DNA of 64,000 nucleotides. Origin: Albugo candida. Its lineage: Eukaryota. Shown here piece by piece: positions 26,159 through 39,193 of the stretch; position 1 is the first letter of the stretch; every line of letters starts with the position of its first letter. The stretch covers positions 1 through 64,000 of the forward strand of contig JBDOQK010000035.1 of NCBI GenBank assembly GCA_040437565.1. Direction: 5' to 3'. Both the position numbers and the translations under genes were made by a program. The notes below the pieces were generated by a model. It was not told the DNA's origin, did no database searches, and saw nothing but the letters and a program-made list of their open reading frames with translations.

Positions 26159-29100
26159 GGGAGCCGCTATGGCCACAGACAAAACTACTACGGCCACAGA
26201 CAATTGATCTAACCAATCACAGCTCACAAGATTTAATTGTTGCTAAGTGCTCTAGCCAATCAGGTCACTTGTCTGCTTTTGTACACGAGCTCATTCTGTT
26301 TCTTACGCTGTTTTTGTTTATATTGTTCTAGCGTAGGTACGGATTTTTTTCTGAACTATCTATATATGGTAGGTTAATAGTAGATACTCTAAAGATTAGG
26401 ATGTTGGAAAGGTGGCTGTTGATGTTGAGAATCTTTGATGGGATGACGTTCAACTATTGCGAGATATTGAATTCGACTCTGTGCATTGACGGGGCACGCT
26501 GAAGATGAACGTCGGTGTCCCATTTGATGATAAGCACCGCATGTCGGCGCCTTCCTCTTCCTCGGAGGCATCCCCTCCATGTATTCAAATTGAGAAGGGC
26601 CTCGTCGCGTCGAGGTTTTGTTGCTCGCTCCGCTTGGTCTTCCTCTCGTTCGAGCAAACTCCGGCTCTTAGAGAACTTGTGGTGTTTCTTATTTATACAG
26701 CGTTAGTACCCATTGAAATATCAAATGAGAAAAAAACAATTGCCCGGAAATACCTGTGATATCTCTTCCAGATCGTCCTAGGTTGACTCTTTCTGGTGTC
26801 GAGGTAGGTTGCTGAAATTGTCGCATAATGTTTCCAAAGGACTGGCAAAGCATCATCTGGGTGGCCTGTAACTGGAGTTCGTACTGAAGGGAGTTGATGA
26901 AGGTGCCAATGAACATCGAAATCGCTCAATTCAAGCCTCCTCCCGCTTGCGATGATCTGCCGCAACTGATTCTCGAAGGTATCCCCCAGATGCTAGAAAA
27001 GTAGAAGATCATGGCTTTGCGCTGGTTGCCATTGGGCGTCGAGCTTTTTCCAGAGTTCATTGCGAAACTTCATTGATTGGAAAAAACACGTAGATAGAAA
27101 GGAATATTATAAACTAACCTGTCCAAATACTTTCCGAAGGGCGTGATATGAGATCTTTGGGTTGATATGTTGAAAATGTCACCACGTGGGGTCGGCTGTG
27201 CGAAAGGTATAATTTATATTTGCTGCTTCTTTAGTCCTGTGCTGTCTTCGATCTTGAAGCTTCTGATGGACTGAACTATCCGCTCACAACACCCAAATAG
27301 ATTTTCCATGCTGCTTGCGATGTACTCTTTCACGACATTGTGACACCTCTCCACGTGAAGTGACTGTATGACGGAAGTGCCGAATCAAATTTGTCCATGC
27401 TGGAACGAATTTCTCCTTGTGGGGATCGATCCACGTCTTGGCTAGATACTCCACAGATTCCGTGTGGCGTTCTGTCCTTATGAGTTAGAATTTTTCCCAA
27501 TTTTCATTGAACTCCGCGATCGTGTTTGAGTAAACCACTTGCACGACAAGGAATAACTTAGAACATGAATGAAAAAATTACTGATCACAAACAACAAATG
27601 GCAAGTTATTGATCTCCAATCCCTCGAAAATGCTTTCCAATCATCATCCTTTCCAATAAAATGGAGCTTGCATTTGGCGACGACGTTCTTCTTAATGTGC
27701 CAAATGCAAACCAGGATAGTTGCCAAAGGAAAGATTATCCGTAAAGCGTTCATGAAAGCAAGCTCCTGGTCAATAACGAATACTTTCGGTTGATGGTCGG
27801 CGTGAAAAAGTCGTCGTAAGAAGTTGATGTCGGTAACATACGAGTCAGCATCCTCGTTCTTCATAAAAACGAAGCGTGCGTGTGAGTTGTGCGTGGCTGT
27901 ATGGCGTGCGTGTATGCATGCTATGTCTGACTTTTGACTTGCGCGTATGCATGTTATGTCTGACTCTATGACTTGCGTGTATGCATGGCCGCAGATAACG
28001 TGGAATATAGCAAGGTATTTCCAACAACGTGGAGCAAAGAAAATCTTCTGTTGCTTGTTTTATGGGTGCAATCTAGCTACAAGACGTCGCAGTTCCTCCT
28101 TAAGAGTTTCACATTCTTTTGAATGAGCGAAGAACAAGTGTGTGATGCACCCATCGGATTCTTTCTCGATATTGATTTCGAAACCAAAGTCCGTGAAGGT
28201 TTCGGGCAGCATATTCATTGGAGTTCGTCCATCGAGCTTTCTGATTGCACTCTTTTGCTTCAAATTCCAGAGCTTTCGCTTAGTGAGTTCCAATTGCTTG
28301 CCTTCCTCTCGCATGGTGGTTTGAACCTGCCTAGCTTTCAAACCGGACTGATAGAGTCCAGCAGTTTCTTCCTCTTGAGACTGTGAGATGCGAGTGTGAA
28401 CTGGACGAGCGGTTCTGGCGGTGGAAGGTTCGTGCTTATGCTCGTTTCATGTAATTGTAAAGGACCAGGTGCCGTCTGTAATTGGGAGGAGATTGTTAAT
28501 GGGAACGTTGAATTCTCGGTGAACTCATTCAACTATGATGTGTGGCTTTACCTTTCGACTCCTGCCCAGCACATTTGAAAGGACAGTCAATGAGTGCACT
28601 GCCTTTCGCCTTCCGAACCATTGTTTCTTGGACAAGTCCGTGACGGTTTCGATCTACGCCTCCGCGATCGCATTTGTAGTGAACAACTTGTCGTCCATCT
28701 CGTTGCTTGTATGATAACTTGGTGACGATTTTATAGCCATTTACAGCAGCTACTACACCATATGTTCTTCCATGGTCTTCCGCGCGGTAAATTGTTCGTT
28801 CTGCAGCTGCTCTATGTCCATGCCTGCTGAGAGTGCTGCGGATATCTAGCCCGATTCGTGAATGAGCTCGTGTACAAAAGCAGACAAGTGACCTGATTGG
28901 CTAGCGTACTTAGCAACAATTAAATTTTGTGAGCTGTGATTGGTTAGATCAATTGTCTGCNNNNNNNNNNNNNNNNNNNNNNNNNNNNNNNNNNNNNNNN
29001 NNNNNNNNNNNNNNNNNNNNNNNNNNNNNNNNNNNNNNNNNNNNNNNNNNNNNNNNNNNNCATATGTTCTTCCATGGTCTTCCGCGCGGTAAATTGTTCG

Positions 29101-29298
29101 TTCTGCAGCTGCTCTATGTCCATGCCTGCTGAGAGTGCTGCGGATATCTAGCCCGATTCGTGAATGAGCTCGTGTACAAAAGCAGACAAGTGACCTGATT
29201 GGCTAGCGTACTCAGCAACAATCAAATGTTCTGAGCTGTGATTGGTTAGATCAATTGTTTGTGGCCGTAGTAATAATGTCTGTGGCATAGCGGCTCCC
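26159..29298 (-). mobile_element. Mutator-like (MULE) DNA transposon with ~137-bp TIRs and a decayed transposase
   Basis: Left TIR GGGAGCCGCTATGGCCACAGAC...GAGCTCATTC (26159-~26296) mirrors right TIR GAATGAGCTC...GTGGCATAGCGGCTCCC (~29162-29298). Flanks TTTCAATTT / TTTTTATTT match at 7 of 9 bases (9-bp TSD-like). Internal fragments: ITHLFFAH, LDCTHKT, FMKNEDADSY...VFVIDQELAFMNAL...CIWHIKKNV, and a C-terminal knuckle TCGAYHQMGH...CP. Confidence 0.9.
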
Positions 29299-29511
29299 TT
29301 TTTATTTTTATCTCTCCGCATGTCAGTTTAGTGAACTAAAGTGAATATTATATACCGATATAATGCAAGTTGACGGGGTACTACTTTCAAGGTAGTAAAC
29401 AAGTCCTTTTAAAGGGGCGCTCCGTCGTTTAAGAAATTATCTGGAATGGATTTTTAAATCCTGCAATAAAATGTGTTTCATTGCTTTCAAACATGATTGC
29501 ACCAAGTCATA

Positions 29512-30315
29512 ATGTATAAAATCTTGTATGGCCTGCTTTACTCACCGCAACCCCGAATCTCCATCGATTATCGGTACACATATCAAGGCTTTGAGGTATG
29601 GCTGCAGGTATATCCGTTTTGTACGCTTACGCAGAAAGCTTACAGCGTGAACTATACAATCGCACGGCATTGCTGCACCAGTATTGGTTTACTATCGCTT
29701 GTACGTAGTCCTCAACCTCTTTCTATTTATCTGGGAATACAATCACTCTGTCACATTTCCAGGTTATATGGTATACAGCTGCCAAAGAGGTTTCTGTCCC
29801 ACTCTTCCATTGTATTGTGTAGTGGGGCGATAGAGGAAGTATTCATTTTCACCAGCTCAGACACTGCTGATCGCAGAAACACAGGTGTGAGTTTTTAGGC
29901 ATTCCACTATCCGAATGCGTACACGATTTCTGTCTTGGTCACACTTGAAGATGCACTCGACTCACCTTCGTGTGAGATAATAAAGGTGACTGGAGACAAC
30001 GTTGAAAACATCGAGTCATTGACTAGCCAAGCAAAGGTAAGCGAAATACGCGACATTGAGCTGTTAAGCCCACCAGATCTTGAACGTATCCTCTTCGATT
30101 ATGAAGCTAGAGCTGTTCCTTTCATGTGGTATGATACTGAACACCAGCCAAAACTAGACTTATCAAAAAATGAGGAGTTGCCATTCCATGGGATATATTT
30201 TGATGACCCGAAAGCCATGCTTGAGATACACATCGGTCCGCTTATGTCTCTCTTAGTCAAGACGATAAAACGTCCACGAATAACACGCCTATGTCAACTA
30301 TGCAAATGTTCATAG
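29512..30315 (+). CDS. Possible multi-exon gene or pseudogene of unknown function (5' part)
   Basis: A protein-like open stretch at 29935-30315 plus small candidate exons. No recognisable domain; structure not resolved. Confidence 0.25.
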
Positions 30316-33300
30316 CAGTATTCCAGATCCGTTATGGTGAGATCACCGACTTGAGCCTTCCGACGTTCACTATAACAAAAAGCAAAGTTTCGAACTTTTA
30401 GCTCCAAATTATTGTCGGGAGCAGCAGCTACAATGAAATGTGCTATTTAACCGGTCGACTCTGTGGAAGGGAACGTTAAGTCATTGGTGCTGCAGTGGCC
30501 AAAACTCACGAAACCTTGTTCCGAGTGTCACCCGGCACAGGAAAGCACCAGATTGGCTTCCCTGTATCTACCTTGGTCCCCTAAGTATGAAATGATAGTT
30601 CGCATGCAGCCATTTACTAGTCTAGTATTCTCGCTGGTGTGTGCAGTATCAAGAGTCTGTGTTTTGCACCGTGATTCCTGACGCTGGATGCGACAACGTC
30701 GCAAAATACTTATTATGGCTTGTCGCTGGTTGATCAGTGTATCTATCATCTATCATCGGATGAGTCAGTGAATACGGATTTGGCATATCTCCTCGCAGGA
30801 AAAAAGACAAGCGGTGGTTTAGTCAAATCTTTTCTTATTGTGTATGTTCCAACATGGCGGGTCGACTAGCAATCACCTCAACGCACGATATCTACTTGTT
30901 CACTTTAGACCACAGCTTGCATTGACCGTGTTTGTTTCTAAAAATGTTTAGTGCAATCCGATGACTTCACGCAGCCAACAGTACGGTACAAAGAAATCGC
31001 ACGCAACAGCTCAAATTCCAAATTCCATTACAAAAATAGCCGAATGGGAGCATTTTGGTCCCCGCAAGTCGCAGAGAGATTCGTTGTGTACCAGGGAAGA
31101 GTGATCTCACTTGCGAAACGCTGAATAATTCGCGGGCAGCACCTGTTGTGACGGTCACGAGCTTCTTGCTGACAATATCAATTGACTGAAAAAGTTTTCT
31201 CTTTGATCAATTCGCACAAGTGAGCAGCAAATAAGAATTCCAATAGGTAGGAGGCGAATCTCCATTGCCAAATATATACGGCTGGATCTTGAGACAAATT
31301 AAGAAAGTGTGCATAGTGGCTCCAACATTGCCATCGCAGTGTGAGATTTTTCGACTGGCCGTGGTGAAAAGCAGAAGATGAAGTGTCGCTATCGTGGATT
31401 ATTTGAGCAATTTATGGAAAAACCCTAGCGCTATGAATACGAATCCATCAAGATGCTGGTTTTGTTAGCGTTGGAGATAGATGCTTTTACTAACTCGAAA
31501 GTGGTGAAAACTCTCTAGTATTTGCATTATATCAGAAGAAAGATTATGCGGTGTAATGTTCGACATGGGATAAGGAAAATTGCAACATGTCATCAGACTG
31601 CGCAGCGCAACGAATGGATCGTATTCAATACGTCTAACAAAGGCACAAAAGATGGCGTGGATGCCGGATGGAATCACAAGAGTGTTGTTACCATCTGTAT
31701 GATCCACAGCAATGAATGTGCCTGCTACCTCCAGATCCTTTACACGATTTATGGCGCTCATTCTCACTGTCTCACCACCGATGTATTCAATTGTTTAATC
31801 CTTTTTCATTATTTATGCACAGTTACCAGCAGGACAGTCTCTTCTGATTCTTGGACGAGTCGAGTACCAATGTCGAAATCTACTCTTTCGATAACCACCC
31901 ATCCGATGATGCAATGTGAGATTCAATGGGAGACATCACAGAGCTGTTTTTTGTTCTGAGAGTGAAATTGAACAACACTTGCATATAGATGCTCAAAATC
32001 ACTTTCAAGTAATTCTGCCGCGCGAACGATGCCGGAATCGTCGTCGTTGAAATTGCGGCAATTGGACCAGATAAGACGAACGTCACTAGCAAACATTACA
32101 AGGTCGAACTCGCCATCTTGCATCTCGTACATTCTTCTCCTTATCTTGCGTTGTATTGTCGAAAAATCCATGGGAAAGGCAATGATTTTTTTGTAATTGG
32201 GGACATCATCCACAGGATGCTGGAAATGCTTTGACAGAGAGCTATTGCTCAAACAGGATATTAGATGTTTGCATTTGTTTGCAAGTGAATTCTTTGCAGA
32301 AATCTCGGCCATAAATCTAGTGCGCTTAGACTGCCTCTGTTTGCATCTCTCACACTGCCAGTCACCTTTGGGTAGATCTTCTTGACGCAGCTGCAAACAG
32401 TCGAGGTGGAATGATCGTGGACAAACATCACAGCAAACAAGATCCCCATCTTTCAAACAGATCGAGCAATAATCCAAGTTGGTATCATGTTCGTCTGAGC
32501 TTTCATCTTGCTCATCCACCGAATCTTTTGCCTCGATTACATCTTTNNNNNNNNNNNNNNNNNNNNNNNNNNNNNNNNNNNNNNNNNNNNNNNNNNNNNN
32601 NNNNNNNNNNNNNNNNNNNNNNNNNNNNNNNNNNNNNNNNNNNNNNATGTCTCTCTTAGTCAAGACGATAAAACGTCCACGAATAACACGCCTATGTCAA
32701 CTATGCAAATGTTCATAGCAGTATTCCAGATCCGTTATGGTGAGATCACCGACTTGAGCCTTCCGACGTTCACTATAACAAAAAGCAAAGTTTCGAACTT
32801 TTAGCTCCAAATTATTGTCGGGAGCAGCAGCTACAATGAAATGTGCTATTTAACCGGTCGACTCTGTGGAAGGGAACGTTAAGTCATTGGTGCTGCAGTG
32901 GCCAAAACTCACGAAACCTTGTTCCGAGTGTCACCCGGCACAGGAAAGCACCAGATTGGCTTCCCTGTATCTACCTTGGTCCCCTAAGTATGAAATGATA
33001 GTTCGCATGCAGCCATTTACTAGTCTAGTATTCTCGCTGGTGTGTGCAGTATCAAGAGTCTGTGTTTTGCACCGTGATTCCTGACGCTGGATGCGACAAC
33101 GTCGCAAAATACTTATTATGGCTTGTCGCTGGTTGATCAGTGTATCTATCATCTATCATCGGATGAGTCAGTGAATACGGATTTGGCATATCTCCTCGCA
33201 GGAAAAAAGACAAGCGGTGGTTTAGTCAAATCTTTTCTTATTGTGTATGTTCCAACATGGCGGGTCGACTAGCAATCACCTCAACGCACGATATCTACTT

Positions 33301-34949
33301 GTTCACTTTAGACCACAGCTTGCATTGACCGTGTTTGTTTCTAAAAATGTTTAGTGCAATCCGATGACTTCACGCAGCCAACAGTACGGTACAAAGAAAT
33401 CGCACGCAACAGCTCAAATTCCAAATTCCATTACAAAAATAGCCGAATGGGAGCATTTTGGTCCCCGCAAGTCGCAGAGAGATTCGTTGTGTACCAGGGA
33501 AGAGTGATCTCACTTGCGAAACGCTGAATAATTCGCGGGCAGCACCTGTTGTGACGGTCACGAGCTTCTTGCTGACAATATCAATTGACTGAAAAAGTTT
33601 TCTCTTTGATCAATTCGCACAAGTGAGCAGCAAATAAGAATTCCAATAGGTAGGAGGCGAATCTCCATTGCCAAATATATACGGCTGGATCTTGAGACAA
33701 ATTAAGAAAGTGTGCATAGTGGCTCCAACATTGCCATCGCAGTGTGAGATTTTTCGACTGGCCGTGGTGAAAAGCAGAAGATGAAGTGTCGCTATCGTGG
33801 ATTATTTGAGCAATTTATGGAAAAACCCTAGCGCTATGAATACGAATCCATCAAGATGCTGGTTTTGTTAGCGTTGGAGATAGATGCTTTTACTAACTCG
33901 AAAGTGGTGAAAACTCTCTAGTATTTGCATTATATCAGAAGAAAGATTATGCGGTGTAATGTTCGACATGGGATAAGGAAAATTGCAACATGTCATCAGA
34001 CTGCGCAGCGCAACGAATGGATCGTATTCAATACGTCTAACAAAGGCACAAAAGATGGCGTGGATGCCGGATGGAATCACAAGAGTGTTGTTACCATCTG
34101 TATGATCCACAGCAATGAATGTGCCTGCTACCTCCAGATCCTTTACACGATTTATGGCGCTCATTCTCACTGTCTCACCACCGATGTATTCAATTGTTTA
34201 ATCCTTTTTCATTATTTATGCACAGTTACCAGCAGGACAGTCTCTTCTGATTCTTGGACGAGTCGAGTACCAATGTCGAAATCTACTCTTTCGATAACCA
34301 CCCATCCGATGATGCAATGTGAGATTCAATGGGAGACATCACAGAGCTGTTTTTTGTTCTGAGAGTGAAATTGAACAACACTTGCATATAGATGCTCAAA
34401 ATCACTTTCAAGTAATTCTGCCGCGCGAACGATGCCGGAATCGTCGTCGTTGAAATTGCGGCAATTGGACCAGATAAGACGAACGTCACTAGCAAACATT
34501 ACAAGGTCGAACTCGCCATCTTGCATCTCGTACATTCTTCTCCTTATCTTGCGTTGTATTGTCGAAAAATCCATGGGAAAGGCAATGATTTTTTTGTAAT
34601 TGGGGACATCATCCACAGGATGCTGGAAATGCTTTGACAGAGAGCTATTGCTCAAACAGGATATTAGATGTTTGCATTTGTTTGCAAGTGAATTCTTTGC
34701 AGAAATCTCGGCCATAAATCTAGTGCGCTTAGACTGCCTCTGTTTGCATCTCTCACACTGCCAGTCACCTTTGGGTAGATCTTCTTGACGCAGCTGCAAA
34801 CAGTCGAGGTGGAATGATCGTGGACAAACATCACAGCAAACAAGATCCCCATCTTTCAAACAGATCGAGCAATAATCCAAGTTGGTATCATGTTCGTCTG
34901 AGCTTTCATCTTGCTCATCCACCGAATCTTTTGCCTCGATTACATCTTT
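30244..34949. repeat. 2.3-kb direct duplication flanking the N gap at 32547-32646 (likely unmerged contig overlap)
   Basis: 30244-32546 reappears apparently identically at 32647-34949 (offset 2403), giving identical ORF sets. Confidence 0.9.
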
Positions 34950-36263
34950 TGGTTTAAAGATGTCGATCATTCCTGGCGTATCATTTGCTGAACGTGATCG
35001 TTTGAAAGAGGTTATGGACTTTTCTCTTTTGTCTGTATCTCGGGAGGGTACACTATTTCTTTTGATTCTTGATGCTTTATGTCTCATATCGTACGTAGGA
35101 TTACTCCGAACTGGTTCTGATGTCTTTCGCCTAAGTTTGCATCTACTGATTGGTACTTCGATTTTTGTGTCGGCACTGGATTGATCCGTCTATACAATGG
35201 AAAAGGTTCAGTAGTTTCTTCTTGTGTTAAAAAATCAACATTACAAAACCTGTTTTTCTTCAACTTTTTTCTTGTTGCTCGCGAATGCAAGTCTGGAAGA
35301 AGACCGAACGAGATTTTTACTCTGCTCAAAGGACTTTATGTCGGCAGGAGGGCTAGTCGCTTCTCCATGAATCTCATCATCTCTCTGCTCTGGCTTGCAA
35401 GAATTAAGCATATATACAACTGAATGTCCCAAACTTTTCCGTTTTTCTGCTTTAACGCTTCCATCCGTAATTGACTCGCTCGATATCAATGTCGGAGAGC
35501 ACAATGCGTTGATAGTCAGTTTCGAGTTCAATGCTGAAGTGTGACTAAAACCACTGACCGGTTTTGGCGATATCAAACCGTGTCTTTCCTGGTTCTCATC
35601 TGTGTGTGTATTATTTATTTGTGTTTGTCCAATATCTGTGGCGTCAACGCTCTTCGTTGTGGCATCTTGATGATCAGACAGAATCTCACAGCTTTTTGTG
35701 ACAGAATTTGCTTGTGTGCTGTTATTCGATAGATGATTCCATTCTCGATATCGCTGAAATAGTGATTTCCTCTCCACCGCGCACTTGTCACACAAGCATT
35801 TCAAACAGCATACAGGACATTTAAGCTTTCTAGTGTTAATTGCTTCTGTATAAAGAGTAGTCGAAACATAATCGAAATGACGTTGACAAAATGAGTGCGA
35901 TATAACTAATCTCGCACAGCAGTTGACCACAGTGATCTTATCGCTTTGACTCCCTGGTCCGCATATGTGACATATTTCATTTCTAATGTAACTACATTCT
36001 GTCTCCTCAGTTTGAGCAGATAGCAACAATAGTATCTGTTCAATGACAGCCCGTTCTGCCAAGCCATCGGTCATTCTATCGCTTTTGCTTTTGTGACAGC
36101 CGGTATCTGCCGCAGTTGGGAGAAAGTCTCGATCTACCGGCTCATGGATTGTTTCAATTTGATTACTTTGCCTAGTCATAATTGCGTTCAACCATATTTC
36201 TTTTGATGGTGTTTTGTGTGGAATTAGTTTGATTCCTTCCTGAGTGCTGTGGCATGACGACAT
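34326..36263 (-). CDS. Chromatin reader: Cys-rich zinc finger (zf-4CXXC_R1-like) + PHD finger + bromodomain; two exons (36263-35250, 35189-34326), ~625 aa
   Basis: Phase-0 GT-AG intron 35249-35190 joins the two ORFs in frame. CHIC...FC...CPVCCLKCLCDKC; PHD YCSICLKDGDLVCCDVCPRSFHLDCL...WQCERC; bromodomain F..PV..VPNYKKII.FPMDFSTI...NCRNFN. Confidence 0.85.
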
Positions 36264-37937
36264 TATGATTCATAGGGAAACCAGCAAACCAGCAAACCTA
36301 GTGCTTAAGTGCGCTCGTGAAAAACAAACTTGGCTTAAACAGCGAATTGGAAGTATCTCGTGTCAGCATCTGCCCAAAATTCCTTGTGATTCATCATGGT
36401 TGAGTCTTTTTTTATTTATTCGTCACGAAAAACGTCAGCAGTAACGTGCTGGAAGAGATGTGGGTACAAGATTCCGTTTACTTANNNNNNNNNNNNNNNN
36501 NNNNNNNNNNNNNNNNNNNNNNNNNNNNNNNNNNNNNNNNNNNNNNNNNNNNNNNNNNNNNNNNNNNNNNNNNNNNNNNNNNNNACTTTGCCTAGTCATA
36601 ATTGCGTTCAACCATATTTCTTTTGATGGTGTTTTGTGTGGAATTAGTTTGATTCCTTCCTGAGTGCTGTGGCATGACGACATTATGATTCATAGGGAAA
36701 CCAGCAAACCAGCAAACCTAGTGCTTAAGTGCGCTCGTGAAAAACAAACTTGGCTTAAACAGCGAATTGGAAGTATCTCGTGTCAGCATCTGCCCAAAAT
36801 TCCTTGTGATTCATCATGGTTGAGTCTTTTTTTATTTATTCGTCACGAAAAACGTCAGCAGTAACGTGCTGGAAGAGATGTGGGTACAAGATTCCGTTTA
36901 CTTACTTGTAGCACTTCAAAAAACCATCATAACGACAACATTTTATAATGTTGTAGCTTTTCCTGTGGGAAGCTATGTTTATGCATTATAGTTACGCTTA
37001 AAGCCTGCAAATGATGAAAGCAGTATTTTTACATGCAATTCCATGCATAATGTCCAGCGACCCTTATTTCGATGTGAATAGTGAGAATGCAGCTCGCTCA
37101 AGTACATTGTGTGTGCAGATGACAGCTTTGTGACCTCCCACGATACTGCTTTTCTGGAACACCTATCATCACCATACCTACCCTTCTCGTTTGCGGTGCG
37201 GATAATATATTTGAAGGTGATAATGGTTCAATTGATCCCTTTACTCACGCACGGGTCGAGGAATTATAGTTTACATGCGAAGCGATACCCTTTTGCAATT
37301 CCGCTTGAAGATGGGGCATTGATTCCATTTGCTGACAGTATAGCCTCTAGGTGTGGTTGGTTTATTTTCAAGCAGGTCGTCCATTGGCCAAGTCGTAAGC
37401 TTAAGCCGTCTCCAAGCTCGCACATATTATAATAGATTATATTACTGTCCCCTCCCTTCATCTATCAACAGAAAACCATTGACATTCCGATAGACCTACT
37501 TCGCGTTCCAGATTAAAGATCAGTGCTTTCCATGATGTCTCCGAACTTATATCTCAATCGACTGGCATCATCCGCGCAATGCTGAAAGCAGAATTTCAGT
37601 TCTGTCAGGATTTAACATGTGTACAATAAGTAAGGAATACGCAGAGATTATCTGACTACAAGTGATCCTTTCTAGCTTAGAGCTCAAACAACTTGACCTG
37701 TACTATCAAATACAGAGAGGATCTTGAGCAGTTCATCCTTTTTATCTATTTTCAGTCATCTGGAAGCACAGCAATGATCGCCGATTATATTTATAAATTA
37801 TGCTTTCTAAATGCATTCGTTACACAACCTCGCTATCTTAGGACTCGATCAATTAATCAATCCTCCTGGTGCATGTGTGCATCACTTTCAAATAGTATTG
37901 TGCTGATTTCAATCTCTTCGTCTACAACGCGCTTAAA

Positions 37938-39113
37938 ATGAATGAATTACGTCGTGCGTCACTACAAATTGAAACAGATTTGCTTGGTGCAGGAAAGGCT
38001 CAGGGAAGTCATGTGTTGCCACAGACGCTGCTGCAGAAAGCTGCTAAAATCTTTGTTGATCGATTTTCCTCGCCTTCACAACCGAATGAGGAGTCTGATA
38101 CCATGCCGGAATCCTGGGGTAACTCTGTAAAACGGGAAAAATTCCAAGACATGGATATGCTGGAGTGTGGTCATGCTCGGGAGTACCTTGCAGAAGAGTG
38201 TCTCAGTCCAACTCAAAGCAACAATTGGACCTATACACGGGTGGAACGGAAGGATAAAACAGAATTCCGCATGTATTGGAATTCCGATCAATTTTTACTG
38301 AGTGCGAAAAAGATTGGGGGCTCCTTTTACATTTCTCAATATGAGCATTTTCCTGAAGCACAAGCATCGAATTCTATTCCAACAGAGAATTACTGCGCCG
38401 TCCTTCGACAGGTATCCGATAATAATTTCAAACTTTACAGCTGTGGGTGTGAAGGTTGTGACATGAGTTTCAATACGTTTTCCTGCTGCAACACAAATGA
38501 GAGTGCAGACTTATCGCCTGAAGGTGCCGATAGACAGCTTTTAGCCGATATAACGCATCATACCAAACTCGCCGGTGAAGTGGGGTCGGAAATGCGATGT
38601 TTTTCTGTAATCATTCCAGCGATCATGGAAGACAAACGCTCGCGGGTCATTTGGTGCCCTCGCCTAAGTCGATCAGTGACACCATCTCGAGGAACTCCGC
38701 GAAGTGCTTTGACTCGCGAGCTGCTCACCTCACCTTCTCCACGCAACAAGCAGAATCGATTTACATTTGATGATCCTACAGTTGATCGTATTCGAATCGA
38801 AAGCAAACTTCCCGTATGGTGCTCACAAGTAAATAGTTTGATGCTCAAGTTTCACGGCGGAAGAATTCGCGAAGCTTCATCTAAGAATTTTATGTTAATG
38901 CTTGACGAAGAATCCATTCCGAAGAAGGATAAAGTGCCAAAATCGAGGGCGTTGGATCGATGTGAAGTGGATACAGATGCGCAGCAAGTGTTGATGCAAT
39001 TCGGTAAATATTCCAAGTCCAAATTTTCTTTAGACTTTCGATATCCTCTAGCACCCATTCAGGCGTTTGCAATAGGTTTGTCCTCGTGTGCGTGGGCCAA
39101 TTCAACAAAGTAA
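37938..39113 (+). CDS. Tubby C-terminal domain protein
   Basis: 391-aa ORF with Tub motifs FLLSAKK, KLPVW...LMLKF.GGRIREASSKNF and MQFGK..K.KFSLDFRYPLAPIQAFAIGLSS. Confidence 0.9.
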   Translation: MNELRRASLQIETDLLGAGKAQGSHVLPQTLLQKAAKIFVDRFSSPSQPNEESDTMPESWGNSVKREKFQDMDMLECGHAREYLAEECLSPTQSNNWTYTRVERKDKTEFRMYWNSDQFLLSAKKIGGSFYISQYEHFPEAQASNSIPTENYCAVLRQVSDNNFKLYSCGCEGCDMSFNTFSCCNTNESADLSPEGADRQLLADITHHTKLAGEVGSEMRCFSVIIPAIMEDKRSRVIWCPRLSRSVTPSRGTPRSALTRELLTSPSPRNKQNRFTFDDPTVDRIRIESKLPVWCSQVNSLMLKFHGGRIREASSKNFMLMLDEESIPKKDKVPKSRALDRCEVDTDAQQVLMQFGKYSKSKFSLDFRYPLAPIQAFAIGLSSCAWANSTK

Positions 39114-39193
39114 TTTACTGCTATTAATACACGAAAGTCTTTGCATTGTTGAGGTTGTTTAACACTACTCCAAGGCTTTCTCATACAATCAAT

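Noticed and set aside
28759-29262. Two slightly different right-hand MULE TIRs
   Set aside because: They flank a gap, and the mismatched end of the first copy resembles the left TIR, consistent with mis-assembled reads from another TIR copy.
30244-34949. Apparent tandem duplication of the PHD-bromodomain gene
   Set aside because: The copies look identical and directly flank a 100-N gap. The same pattern occurs at 11 of 13 gaps (near 3338, 8596, 25497, 28961, 32547, 36485, 43569, 47960, 49818, 59008, 62301), indicating unmerged contig overlaps.
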